From contig CM022673.1 of assembly GCA_012295275.1 (NCBI GenBank), positions 27,342,001 to 27,406,000 on the forward strand: a stretch of DNA of 64,000 nucleotides, in the 5' to 3' direction. This DNA comes from Chrysomallon squamiferum (taxonomy: Eukaryota > Animalia > Mollusca). The translations under genes and the position numbers were made by a program. The notes under the pieces were generated by a model that saw nothing but the letters and a program-made list of their open reading frames with translations, had not been told where the DNA came from and ran no database searches. Below, piece by piece: positions 16,477-28,500 of this stretch. Every line of letters begins with the position of its first letter. Positions within the stretch are counted from its first letter, which is position 1.

Positions 16477-18868
16477 AGTATTTTTAATACCCTGAAAAAG
16501 AGTTATCTTTGAATATTTCTGTTAATATTTTAATTGCATCCTTGAATATTTCTTATTTTTAACTGTATACATTAGAATAAGTACCTAACATCCATTTAAG
16601 ATTTAAAATTTTAATGTTAAAATTTTTAGGTTTTTTTGTTGTTTTTTTTCCCTCAGGTAATGCGTCAGATATTCAGGATTTTATTCCAGCATCACCATTT
16701 CGCAGATTTAGTAAAGAAACAGGAAAATTGGAAATTATTTCAGATGATAAAGTTACAAGGACTCCATGGAGATCACGGGACAAAATCAAAACACCTCCAC
16801 TTTCAGCATCACCAAAAAGACTTCCTCCTGAAAATTCAAGTCTAAAAAACACTGAAGATTTTGTTAAAGCTATACCTGGTAAAAGTGTGAAAAATATGTA
16901 TTTTTGTACCCAGTTCTATTTTTTTAAATATTTGTATGAACAAAAGTAAATACAAGACAAATTATGTTATCAAAATGACTCATATCTGTGTTTCAAACAG
17001 ATAAATGTTTGTATATAACAGATAACCTATTAAATTATTCTAGTTTGATATAATCAAATAATTTCAACAATGTCTACAAATAGAAATCATAACTTTTTGA
17101 GACTATTGTAAATAAGTATAAAATTAACCTAATTCTTTTATTGATATATTTGTATTGTATTAGCTTGAACATAGCTAAGATAAAACAAATTTATGAAACA
17201 TATTATTTCCAGGTGTAAAATAAGGCATTTGTTTTCTTATATTTTCACTATTCATTTTTTTCTTCAGATTATGTTATTCGGGAAGTTACTCAACGTTCAC
17301 CATCAACATCAGCAAGCGAGACAGAGTTAGTAGAATTGGTGGAAACTATAAGTACACAGCACCTTCAAGACTTTGAGGCAACCAAAAAAGCAAGAAAGAA
17401 AAAGTCAAGAAGAAAAAGACATTCTTCTAAGCACCAACTTGAGCCTGATGGTGATGTATTTGGTAGGTCTTATGTCTCTTCCTTCAATTCATTTTATGAA
17501 TTTTTATTTTTACATTACAGCCTGGAAATTATCTTATTCTTTATTTGTGATGTCATTTAATATATAGATTTGCTTTGTTTGTTATTTTTTTTTTTTTTAC
17601 ATATCTGTATATATATATAATAACATGATGTGAAACAGAAATTATGTTTTATAAATTTTTGGTTTTGACTGGATAAACTGAAAATTCTCTTATTCTTTAA
17701 CTGTGAAGTCATTTAATAAATATACATATATATGCTTAGTTCGTGTTGTTTAATTTAATTTGTTTTACATGTCTATATGCAAAATAACATGATGGGAAAC
17801 AGTGTAATGGCAACATGTAGGTATCATATACTTTTGTAATGTTATTTTATTATCCTACCTTATTATTATGAAATCTTCATATCTAGAAATGAAATACATG
17901 TTTTAATTCCACCAAAAGGAAACCTGAATAGCAGTAATACAGCATTTTATTGTTTATTTTTTAGCTGAAGAAAAGTACCACCTAAGAAATTCTCTGTATA
18001 CAGCTTGTAAAACTGGTGATGCTGAATCATTGACAAGCCTGTTAGCTGTATTCAGGGTCATGTCAGGAAGCACTGACTCCACCAATCACGAAGACATTGC
18101 TCACAATGCAGTGTCTACCAGTGTGAATGAAGAGTCAGAAGATAAAACGGATTTAAATGCAACGTCTTGCAATGTGAATGAAAAACTGTCTTCAACTGAA
18201 GCTTGTACAGATGGAAATAGTTCAGTGATGGAATCTTCAACAGTTTGTCCTGAAGCCCTTGTTACAGAAACCTGTGAAAACAGTAATTTGGGAGAAAATG
18301 ATCAAATTCCTGAAGAAAATACATCATCAGTCTCTCCTGCAGTTTCAGCAGTTTCACAAGAAGACAACTTAAAATTTAATTCTTCCCCAAGAAAGCCAAG
18401 TCTTCTTTCAAATTCTCCTTTGCGTCGCAAATCTGAAGAGAGATTTCTTTCAGAATTATCTCCCTTGATGGCTGCAGACATTTTGAATGAACCTTTTGGT
18501 GATAATGAAACAACACTTCTGCATGTTTCTTCCAAACAGGGTCATTCACCTTTGATTGTTTGTTACTTGATGCAGGAGCAGATCCATCAGTCAGGTAATT
18601 GTATTAACTAATTTATGTGCAAAAAAAAGTAAAATTGTTTGAATGGGTAATTCTCTTACCATCATACTAAAAAATTTAAATTAACGACTATTGATGAATG
18701 TGGTCATCAAAATAATCTTACTTTTAACTGGATTCAATCATATTCATTCCTTTCTTGATATTATTATTATTTTTTTTTTTTCATTTTCATCATTTCTTAT
18801 CAAACTTTTATCATTACAAAAGGATAATAGAAAATTTAAATTTTAGACATTTTTTTCAGGTGTTTATT

Positions 18869-18903
<35 letters not shown>

Positions 18904-21020
18904 TTTCTACTAATATGAAAATGTTTTTTAAAACAGAGATAAATCTGGAAAAGTTCCGTATGTTATTGCATCAAACAAAGAAACAAGAAAAGAATTTAGA
19001 AGATTCATGGCAACCCATCCAGACAGATATGATTACACCAAGGCACAGGTAATTACATAATTGTTATTCACTGAGGCAGTCATTTTCCACACTTTGTACC
19101 TAGAAATATATTTTAACATTTCTGATGTGTGGGTGGATTAAACAGCTTTACAAACATTGATTATAATTTAATCATTAGTTGCAAATAATAAATTTAATGT
19201 AACAAAAATACTGGTCTTCTTTCTAGGTGCCCAGTCCCTTAACACCAGAAATGGAGGCAGAAAAGAAACAGAAAGATTTAGAAAAGAAAAAATTACAAAA
19301 AAAGTTGAAGAATGAAAGAACGAAGGTAGGTTTTACAGTACAGTTCCGTTTCTAAAATATATACACAGTTTTTACAGACGTTCATAATTTATCCATCTGT
19401 AACACTGATGATGAAATGGATATTAAATAATATATTTAATATTGATTTTGAAATGTTTTTTGAATGGTTGATCTTAATTTTCATTAAAAAATGATAATGA
19501 ATAATGAATTCAGTGGTACATCATTAGTATGAATTGCTTTAAAAATCCAAAGAAATATCTTGTTACCTTTTATTCAGAGTAAATATTTGTTGTAAGCATT
19601 TATCACATCCTAGGTGCACATAATGATAGAGTATTCTACATTTCTAGGACAAAAAAGAGGAAATGGCAAAGCAGAAACAAGAGGATGCAGAGCGGAAAAG
19701 ATTCCTGTCTTTATCTGACAGAGAAAAGGTAAAAAAATGGGCTGAATTTTCAGTCAACAAGATGCCACTAAATAATTGCTTTAGATCAAACAAATTCTGC
19801 CAAATGTAAGCTTATGGTTTCATTAATTCGCTGGTGAAATTTAGAGAAATGTGGATTTTTATAAATGACCATCAAAAGTGGTATGGGCTTCTTCTAGGGT
19901 TGATGATGTTAATTATTATGTTCTGTGTTGATATTTTAATTTAATTTCTTATGTTATGTAATGATATACTATAATATTAAAAAGAATTATTTTGGTGTTT
20001 TTTTTATCCTCTACTGATTTGTAATATACATGTATATGTAGTCCATTTTGTCAGACTTCAGTTCCACATTGATGTATATTTTGCACTCACTTGAGTTATT
20101 TGAATATCCTAATTGTTTTAGTTGTAACATATTTGTTTATTAGACTCGTAGGTCTGGAGTAACAGAAAATCTTGTCAACTTTAGATGAAACTTTTTCTTG
20201 TCTGTAATTAATACTGACATAACAGAAAGTCTCAACGGTTTTGTATTAATAGTATGTGGCTGCCACAGAATTCCAATTCTGGATGATATTTCTTCCATTG
20301 AACAATGACCTGAATGGCATCAGAAGATAAGCACATGTAAAAAACACACGACTTTTAACTTACACGGTTATTCCAATAATGGTTAGATTTTAGATCAAAA
20401 ACCAGACAGGAGATCATTGGGTTGACATTATTTTATTATTTACAGAGGGCTCTTGCAGCTGATAAAAGACTTGTGCAGCAGTTAGAGTCTAAGGGAGAAA
20501 CAGTCCCAGTTCTTAGGTGAGACTCATGTAACCTTTGTACAGTTTAAAATTTCTAATGAATGTAATGGTATATTTGTAATTTGTAAATCAATTCTTCAAT
20601 TGTGTATCAATACAGTGTGATTTTCATTTTTTTATTTAATAAGAAGATACAATAAAAAAAAAAAATAATAATAAAAAAATTAAAAAACTGTTTAATCTAT
20701 CCCAATTATTTTATATATATAAAAAGAATAAAATTAATAACATCTAACTGACTGAATACTAACATTATGGTTTAATTAATTTGTTATATGATGGAAAACT
20801 TGTTTTCTTATTTATACTAATCACGTTAATTTGAAATTTATTAACTGTATTATTCACTGGTTGTAATCCGACTTTGATGGCTTGTTATCTTTTTTATCTT
20901 TTTAGTCGATGTTGGCAATGTGGGAATGATTTGACTGGAAAAATTCCATTCGAGTATTGTGAATACAAATTTTGTTCTACAAAATGTCTTCAGTCACACA
21001 GGAAACAAGGCAAATCTTAG
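12476..21020 (+). CDS. ANKZF1: Ankyrin repeat and zinc finger peptidyl-tRNA hydrolase/endonuclease (Vms1 orthologue), with an apparent 1-nt deletion
   Basis: 15 GT-AG coding exons: 12476-12647, 13097-13233, 13623-13719, 14174-14430, 14852-14967, 15456-15603, 16158-16380, 16657-16878, 17268-17462, 17965-18594, 18937-19048, 19227-19325, 19648-19728, 20446-20516, 20906-21020. C2H2 finger (CNCC...[12 protein letters not shown]). VLRF1 motifs [27 protein letters not shown] and [11 protein letters not shown]. Ankyrin repeats and a C-terminal RCWQC..PFEY..FCSTKC clef. Exons total 2675 nt, one short of 892 codons. Confidence 0.93.
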
Positions 21021-21610
21021 GTTATAAATGTTTAGAATTAGCTAAATATATACAGTGTAATATTGGATTGGTATTATGTGTTTATTACATTTTTGTGAAC
21101 ATTATGTTTTAATAACTTTTGGTTTCTTTATGCCGTATTTATTGTTAATAAAGATAAATGAATAGTCTGATAAGGAATTGACATAAAAATTAATCTGTTG
21201 TTTTATTTTTCATATTAATTTGTTGATGTTAACTAATTAACTGTTAAAATTCTTTGGTCTCTAATGACCACAAAATGAAATGTTCGTGTTGTAATAAGGA
21301 TCTAGATGTTTTGATGTCATTTCATATATAGAAGTTGGTAAAAATATTTTGTAATAATTTTTCTGTTAAAGAACCTTCTTTTGTTTTTTTGCAGTTACAG
21401 ATATCTTTCTATAAATATATACATTCATTTTGAACTTTGAAACTGTATTTAATAATAAATTTGAAATAAATATATTTGCCCTTTTATGTTACCTTTTATT
21501 TTAACAAAATATCAGTTATCTGAAACACATTTTATGGAGAATAGAGGTATTGATATATTTCACAATATAGTTTTTTTAATCAAAAAAGGTTATATTTAAG
21601 TGTCATCCGC

Positions 21611-21790
21611 TAGTTTTTCCTACTGCTACACTTTATCAACAGGCAGTAAAAGATCTTTTACAAGTATATTTGCTTTTCAGACAGATTTTTGATAAACCAC
21701 TCATGAAGCAGTGGTTGGAAACTGTAATTTGATCCTGCAACTCTTCATGCTTTACTCAGGCAGCATTTTTAACCACAGATGCTCTGGCCA
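21611..21790 (-). mobile_element. Degenerate SINE copy
   Basis: Contains GGCAGTAAAAGATCTTTTA...CAGACAG, matching the SINE core at 36020-36115 (AGCAGAAAAGGATCTTTTTTATA) in the same orientation. Confidence 0.45.
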
Positions 21791-23110
21791 GTGATTTTGA
21801 CTGGTTAATTGAAAGCGAACTATGTGCTTTCCTGTTTATGAGAAGGCTTGATTTTAAAGATTTCCTTGCTGCTACCCAATGAGAGGCTCATTACATGACA
21901 GTTTTTCCTGTCATATTATTCTTATTCTTATAAAAATCTGACAGCTAAAGCCCTTTAATAATAAATAAATTATAAAATAAAAAAATTGTCATTCAATATT
22001 CATTCATTCCTAAAATATGCATCAGTTATAGCAGCTTGGTTGTTGTCTTCCTTGCTGATGATTTGAACCTTTGCCAGTGGCAGTACTGCTTAAACAACTG
22101 AAGTTACTATGAGTATAAAAGTAATTTTTAATTTCACTTCATTGATCAGTTTTAGGTTATATAAATCATGAAAATGTATTTAAAAAGCTTTTGTGCATCC
22201 TTTAGAAACAGCTTAAAAGTTACCTGAAAAATACTTCCAAAAAAAAAAATAAAAAAATAATAATCTTCATTTTTTTTTTTTTTTTTCAAATGAAACACAA
22301 ATAACATCTGAATATTTGAATTTGTTTAATGATTATGAATGTTTGGTTATATTGAAAAGGTTAATACTGTGCAAATATGATACAACAGCAGCAACAACAA
22401 CAAAATAACAAACAAATGCAAGGTATCACTTATCATGGAATGGTGCTACAGTTTAATTAAAACTGACATTTGATAAAATTCACTAACACTACAGTAAACA
22501 AACTGAAATAAACAAACAAGTATATCAATGTAGCACCTCTGTACACAGCAGTATATACATACAAACAGCTATATAGCTTATCAGTGAATAGTCAGTTGTT
22601 AACAAATACAATGGTTATACATAAAATTCTCAGTTACTTCCAGATTAAATGAACATTTGATAAACACTCAGTTGTTGAATATCCTCCACCATCTATTTTC
22701 ATCTATAAGTTTCCTTAATTATTAGTTGTAAAAAGCAAACTTTATTTATATAATTAAAATATCATGACTAGATTTAAACAACTGTTGTTTTTTTTTTCAT
22801 TGCTTTACTTGATATTTACCAACATTACTTTTCTGGTTAATCTTGTCATCTTTCATTATGTCAGCTATCAAATGAAATATTTTTAGATAAATTCCAACTT
22901 TTTCCACATACCAAAATGTCTGAACTGTTTTTGAGATTCATTTCACAATTAATCAGTAAATTTCCTGCAAAAAGCTTGAATTTTTATTTTAAAATTTATT
23001 ACAATTTTAACAAATTTATTTTAATCTATATTTGCTCATTCAAAAGTCTTTATTTATCAGTCAGTATTCACTTTTAAAAGTTTCATGCTGTGTATTATTA
23101 AACAAAACTT

Positions 23111-23848
23111 TTACATGTGTCCACTTGTTTTCTCCAGAAATTTCAAAATGTCTGTTCCAGTCTCCCATGGCAACACATGAGACAAAAGTGGATTCTGCTC
23201 CTCTTTCTGGAGGCTTTTAACTTTCTTCCACAATGTGTAGCCAACTCTAGGACACAGGTAATCCTGCGGTCTCAGAGTTAAACCTGGGCAGAGGTCATTG
23301 GAACCGTCACCGACATAAAGCACCTTGTTAAAATACACACCTTGCGCACCGCGATCCTTGATATACTGCTGCAGAATGTGGCCTTTGCAAAGATTAACCG
23401 TACTCAGTTTGCACCAGTCCTGTGTGTGGTATCTTTCCAGTTCCAGACATCCCAGATCGTTGAACTGAGCTGGGTTGGTGAACACTTTTGTGATTTTCGA
23501 TTTCAGATCAAAGAACTCCAGTATACAATTGATGAACTGTGAATTTGAATCGGAAATGATTATTACTTCGTATTTGTCAGCGTTTCCTAAGTGCTGTAGA
23601 AGATCGGCCATGCCATGTGTTAAAGGGATCTGGTACATACAGTTTATCATTTTGTCTGCTGTCACACCCAGTTTGTGCAGGTACTGAAATATTTCTCCCA
23701 TGTATTCGACCCATCCATCATTCCTGTATTTATTTTTAATTTCTTGAGGCAGCTCTTTGTTTGGAGCCAAGTTGATAACAAATAGGTCACTGTTTTCATC
23801 AATTATTGTGTGATCAAAGTCAAATGAAACCAAAATCTTACCAGGCAT
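23111..23848 (-). CDS. PHOSPHO2: Pyridoxal phosphate phosphatase PHOSPHO2-like HAD phosphatase, single coding exon, 245 aa
   Basis: MPGKILVSFDFDHTIIDENSD (HAD motif I), IISDSN, NLCKG, YVGDGSNDLCP. Acceptor before 23857. A 5'UTR exon donor (GTGAG on -) follows 24671. Confidence 0.9.
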   Translation of the reverse strand: MPGKILVSFDFDHTIIDENSDLFVINLAPNKELPQEIKNKYRNDGWVEYMGEIFQYLHKLGVTADKMINCMYQIPLTHGMADLLQHLGNADKYEVIIISDSNSQFINCILEFFDLKSKITKVFTNPAQFNDLGCLELERYHTQDWCKLSTVNLCKGHILQQYIKDRGAQGVYFNKVLYVGDGSNDLCPGLTLRPQDYLCPRVGYTLWKKVKSLQKEEQNPLLSHVLPWETGTDILKFLEKTSGHM

Positions 23849-24671
23849 TTTTTGTATCTGAAAGGATAGATGATGTATACTTATATATATGTATGTACAT
23901 AATATTAAAACATTATGACAAATCGAGGTTATAAGGCAACTGAACTTTCCTTTCTTAAATAAATATAATAGCAACCTTTTGAGTTATTTCAAAAACGCAA
24001 AATGTATGTGTTAATATACACTATAGTCCTTCAAATGATGAATGACAGAATGGTGAATAATGACATGTTATCAAGTGACAGCACGTAAGATATAACTATG
24101 CAGGAGAGATGAGGAACCTCCTTAGTGCTTTGCAACAATATTTTATTAATATTTTTTGCAAAGATGACGTCAAAGTAAATAATGGTGCCTTATAGATTAA
24201 TTTTCTGACCTATGGCGCGAAATCAAACGATTTAATCATAGAGGTGAGGCTTCAAATGATTAATGACCAGAACTTGCTAAAGCAACGAAACGTTTTAAAT
24301 CATCATTTATTTTCTTTGGGGTTTTTTCAGATATTTTTATATTTGCATTTTAGTTTTTTTTTTTTTTTTTTATACAATGAGATAAACATGGTTTTATAAG
24401 TCGAAATAACGGCAAATTGCGGTAAGGAAATTTGATTATACAAGTATTTTTGCAGGTAACGAATATTAATACCAACGAAATCCTGTCACTTAAAGATAGA
24501 ACTTTATTTTTACTATGTGTTGTATCGATATGTATCTACATGCAAAAAATTTAATGCATTCACATATTTTTTATTTCTTCACTTTTTGGCACTGTTTGTT
24601 ACAGTTCGTATATTTCAAAAGTATCTAATAGCTAGAAACCTTTCCGTCTACTGTTTTCCTTACTTCTCACC

Positions 24672-24825
24672 TGAAATCTAAAGGTGAAGGACAGTTCTGT
24701 CAAGGTCAGAGTTGAAAGGAAGTGACGTTATAGAAACGGCTGTTGTGCTTGGCAACATGAAGGAGTTGGTTAAATAAGATTTCAGTTGTGATATTGATGT
24801 GAAACTATATAATTTAGTTTTAAAT
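24672..24825. promoter_or_regulatory. Bidirectional promoter/5'UTR region of PHOSPHO2 and CFAP210
   Basis: Only ~155 bp separate the PHOSPHO2 exon-1 donor from the CFAP210 ATG. Contains GGAAGT (ETS-like), TGACGT (CRE half-site) and GTTGTGCTTGGCAAC (RFX X-box-like, 24742-24756). Confidence 0.65.
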
Positions 24826-25213
24826 ATGGCTACTAAAGTTATGCATGGACGGCGAAGGGGCAGAGAGAGGGGTAAGCATTCGAATAAAATAAGTAGAGTG
24901 TGAATCAAAAGTTTTTATCGAGATAGAAATCCATACAAAAGTAAATAATTATGACTTAACGATTTCAACTTCATTTTGTTTTGACTTTGACAACAGCAGA
25001 AAAACAACACTAATTATTTTGTAATATAATGGAAATATGACACAGTTGTTATTTTTTCATATCTTTTTTACAATATCAACAAAAAAAATAATAATAATAA
25101 ATAAATAAATAAAAAAATGATTGTATATTCATTCGTTTATTTATTTATTTATTTATTTCAACAAAGATTACTTCCCATAATAACATATTGAAGCAATTCA
25201 GACAAATTAATTA

Positions 25214-25254
<41 letters not shown>

Positions 25255-25437
25255 CAGTAATAAAATTTAATTTATTTTTTTAAAATGGACTCATAATTAA
25301 ATAACATGAATTCTTTCAGTGCATATCAATTAATCCAGAATATCTGGCACATTTTACTTGACTGATATGATTCAGACTAAATCTGTTGGTTAATCTAGCT
25401 TTCAGAATTTGTTATAATCAAATAAAACAAAAACAAC

Positions 25438-25500
<63 letters not shown>

Positions 25501-28500
25501 CGTATTTTCTATAATCAGGTTTCTCTACATGACCAAACAAGATCAATATATTATAATTTATTTTTTTTCTCAGTATTCTCTCCACCTCAGTTTTGTGTTG
25601 AAAATCAAGCAACTAAGCCTGCAGAGCCAACAGATATCAGACAGGTCACAGTTCTTACAAAGGGAGACTGGAATCGTATTCAAGAGCAGCTGAACAGAAA
25701 ACAAATAGAACAAGAGCGCATACAGAGGATAAAAGCCGCAAAAGAAGAACTGAAAAATAAGTCTCGGAATATGGTCAAAAACTGGACAAATACAATAGCT
25801 GTAAGATACTAACCACTTTCCAGTAACTGTTTTAAAAAGCAGGAAATAATTTTGTAGGTTTTATAGTTGAGAATAATATGATATGATTCTTAAATGTTAT
25901 TTCTTTAAGATGATGAATGTTAATGAGATGAAGGAAGCTAATGTTATCCTCATGTCTGAATTTTCAACTGTTAATTTAAAACTGCTTTTAATGTTAACAT
26001 ATATTAAAAGTGGAGAGAAGAAGACATCTTAAAATAACAGCTGAAAGATCAAAAAAGACTCTTCATTTTTAAACTGATTAGTATGCCTAATTTGTAATTT
26101 TCCATGTGAATTTCAAAGGTTCATAGTAATATTAGCAGTCTAATATGGGATTTTAAGAAACAGAAAGATAAACATAAAAAAAATATATTTTTTGTTTTAA
26201 AACATTTGAAAATAATAATAAAGATAACATAGATATGAATTAATATTTTTCAATTAATGTAAAAATATCTTAAACAATGAAAGCTTATTTTATAAATTTT
26301 CCTTTCTTTTTTTTAATTTGAATTATCATAAACTATAATTATTCCAAAAAAAAAAAAAAAAAAGAAAATAACTAAATATTTATATGTGAATTACTACAGG
26401 GACAAAGACAAAAAAAGCTGGAAGCTCGGCAGATTCGTGAAGCCAAACTTGAAGAGGAGCGTGTAGCTATTGATTTGGAAGAAGCCAGATATCAGGCCCA
26501 GATGAGAAAAGAAGCCATAGAAAAAGCAAAAACCCAGCAGTATTATCAGACAGACCGAGTAAAAAATTTCCATGTAAGATAATCACAGGGAAAGTTAGAC
26601 CCATACAATGTTAAAATCCTCACAAACAGATATAAAATGAAAACCGATACATGCAAAAGGACAATGTGTAAAGTAAATGTATGTATGGGGTGTGGGTGTG
26701 TATGTATGTATGTAATCTAGTTTTTAAGCAGACTAAACCCTATATTAGGTACACACACAAATACAAATAAACAAATGCATAAGAAACAAAAATACATTTA
26801 CCTCTCTTTAAAAGATTATATAATAAAATTATATGCAAATGGAGGCACATCAGATAATTTTTTTTTTTTTTTTTTTTACTTTTATTAAAGAATAAACAAA
26901 ATAAAACTTTTTTTTTTAAAATTTTTTATTTAATTGTGTTTAGGGAGCTCTGACTTTAACAGAAGTGCTGAAGGAGAGAGAGGCACAGCTTGAACTGAAA
27001 GAGTTGATAGGGAAAGCCAATGAAAGCAAAGACAATGACTGGCTGCAGAAACAGCAGCGTGCATATGAAGAAGGCATCAGGAGGGATCAAGAGAAGGCAG
27101 CTGAAAGGGCCATGAAGGCTAAGCAAAACGCTGAATTCCTAAAACTGCAGTATGTTTATTTTTATTCATATTTTTGATCAATTCTCAAGTTATTTTACTT
27201 TTCTTTCTTTTTTTTTATTTTTTTATTTAAATAATTTTGATTCTTAATCATACAGCCGTTTCAAGAACATCATTCCAAAGAGCCAAAGAACAGGAATTGA
27301 TTATTATTATTATTGAAATACTGACTGCCAGGACTTTTGAAAACAAAATCCTGCCACTGTTGTGATTTTTACACTTCACCGTATATGTTACAAAATTTTG
27401 CTGCCAGCAGAAATAGCTAAAAGAAAATGGTTGAATGAGATAATATAATAGTTAAAGAAGCATTCTCAATGAGAGATAATGCACACATTCGTATCACATA
27501 TTCTGAGAACATTTAAACATTTCTGTTCAGTTTGTAATGAAGAACAGTGCTATTTCACATCAAGTCGTGAAATTCTTGACTCAGTCAACAGAAGCTGAAA
27601 CATATTCAGATAGTATTGTGTCCCTTTTTGTATGTAATTTTATTTTATTTGTGTATAAAAAATATGTAAAAAAGCAAATAAATAAACAAATTCTGTAGCA
27701 ATTTAAAGTCATGTGATATAAGTGTTTACTAAGAACAACTGTCATTTCATTTGAAGACTGGTTGTGTGAGTCTTCAGTGTTACAATGTCAGTGTTCTTTA
27801 GTGCCACTGCTTGGCTAATGGGGTTTTCTTGTTCCAACTGGTGCTCCAGAATGGATTTGTTTTTAAAGGCCTGTTTACAGGAGTTGCACATAACAGATCC
27901 CTTCCACATACATGTAACACTACAAGTATTATGTTACAGATCATCATTACTCAATTAATTAATTCTAGAATGGCTGTTTAAATAAATATTGTTCAATGTT
28001 TCATTAATTTGTACATTTTGTTATTCCAGAGCACTCGAGCATGAGAGACAGAGACTGAAAGATGAGGAAGAGGACAGGAAAGAGGCAGAGGAGCTGAAGA
28101 AGTTGGCTGATATGTATCATTCAGAGAAAAAACAACTGGAAGAAATACAGTTTGCAGAGAAGAGACAACAAGCCAAGGCTAACAGGCAGCAGTTTGAAGA
28201 GCTGAAGAAACTGAGAGACATCCAAGCTCAGCAAGAGGAGGTATGTAGTTTTTGTAATAATAAACCTAAATACAAGATACTGTATGTTATTTATTTTTGG
28301 GGTCCATCCTTTTCTAACAATAAATTACAACAGTTTGTCCTTTATTTTTTTATTTTAAGAGATCAATTTTTGCTAATAATAAAGTTTGTATTGAAAAAGT
28401 TAAAAAAAAGAAAACAGCAGAGTAGCAGATTTTTTCTCCATACTTACTTTTTATTATCATTGAAAATATTAATTACTTAAAAATTAACTGAAATTTTGTT

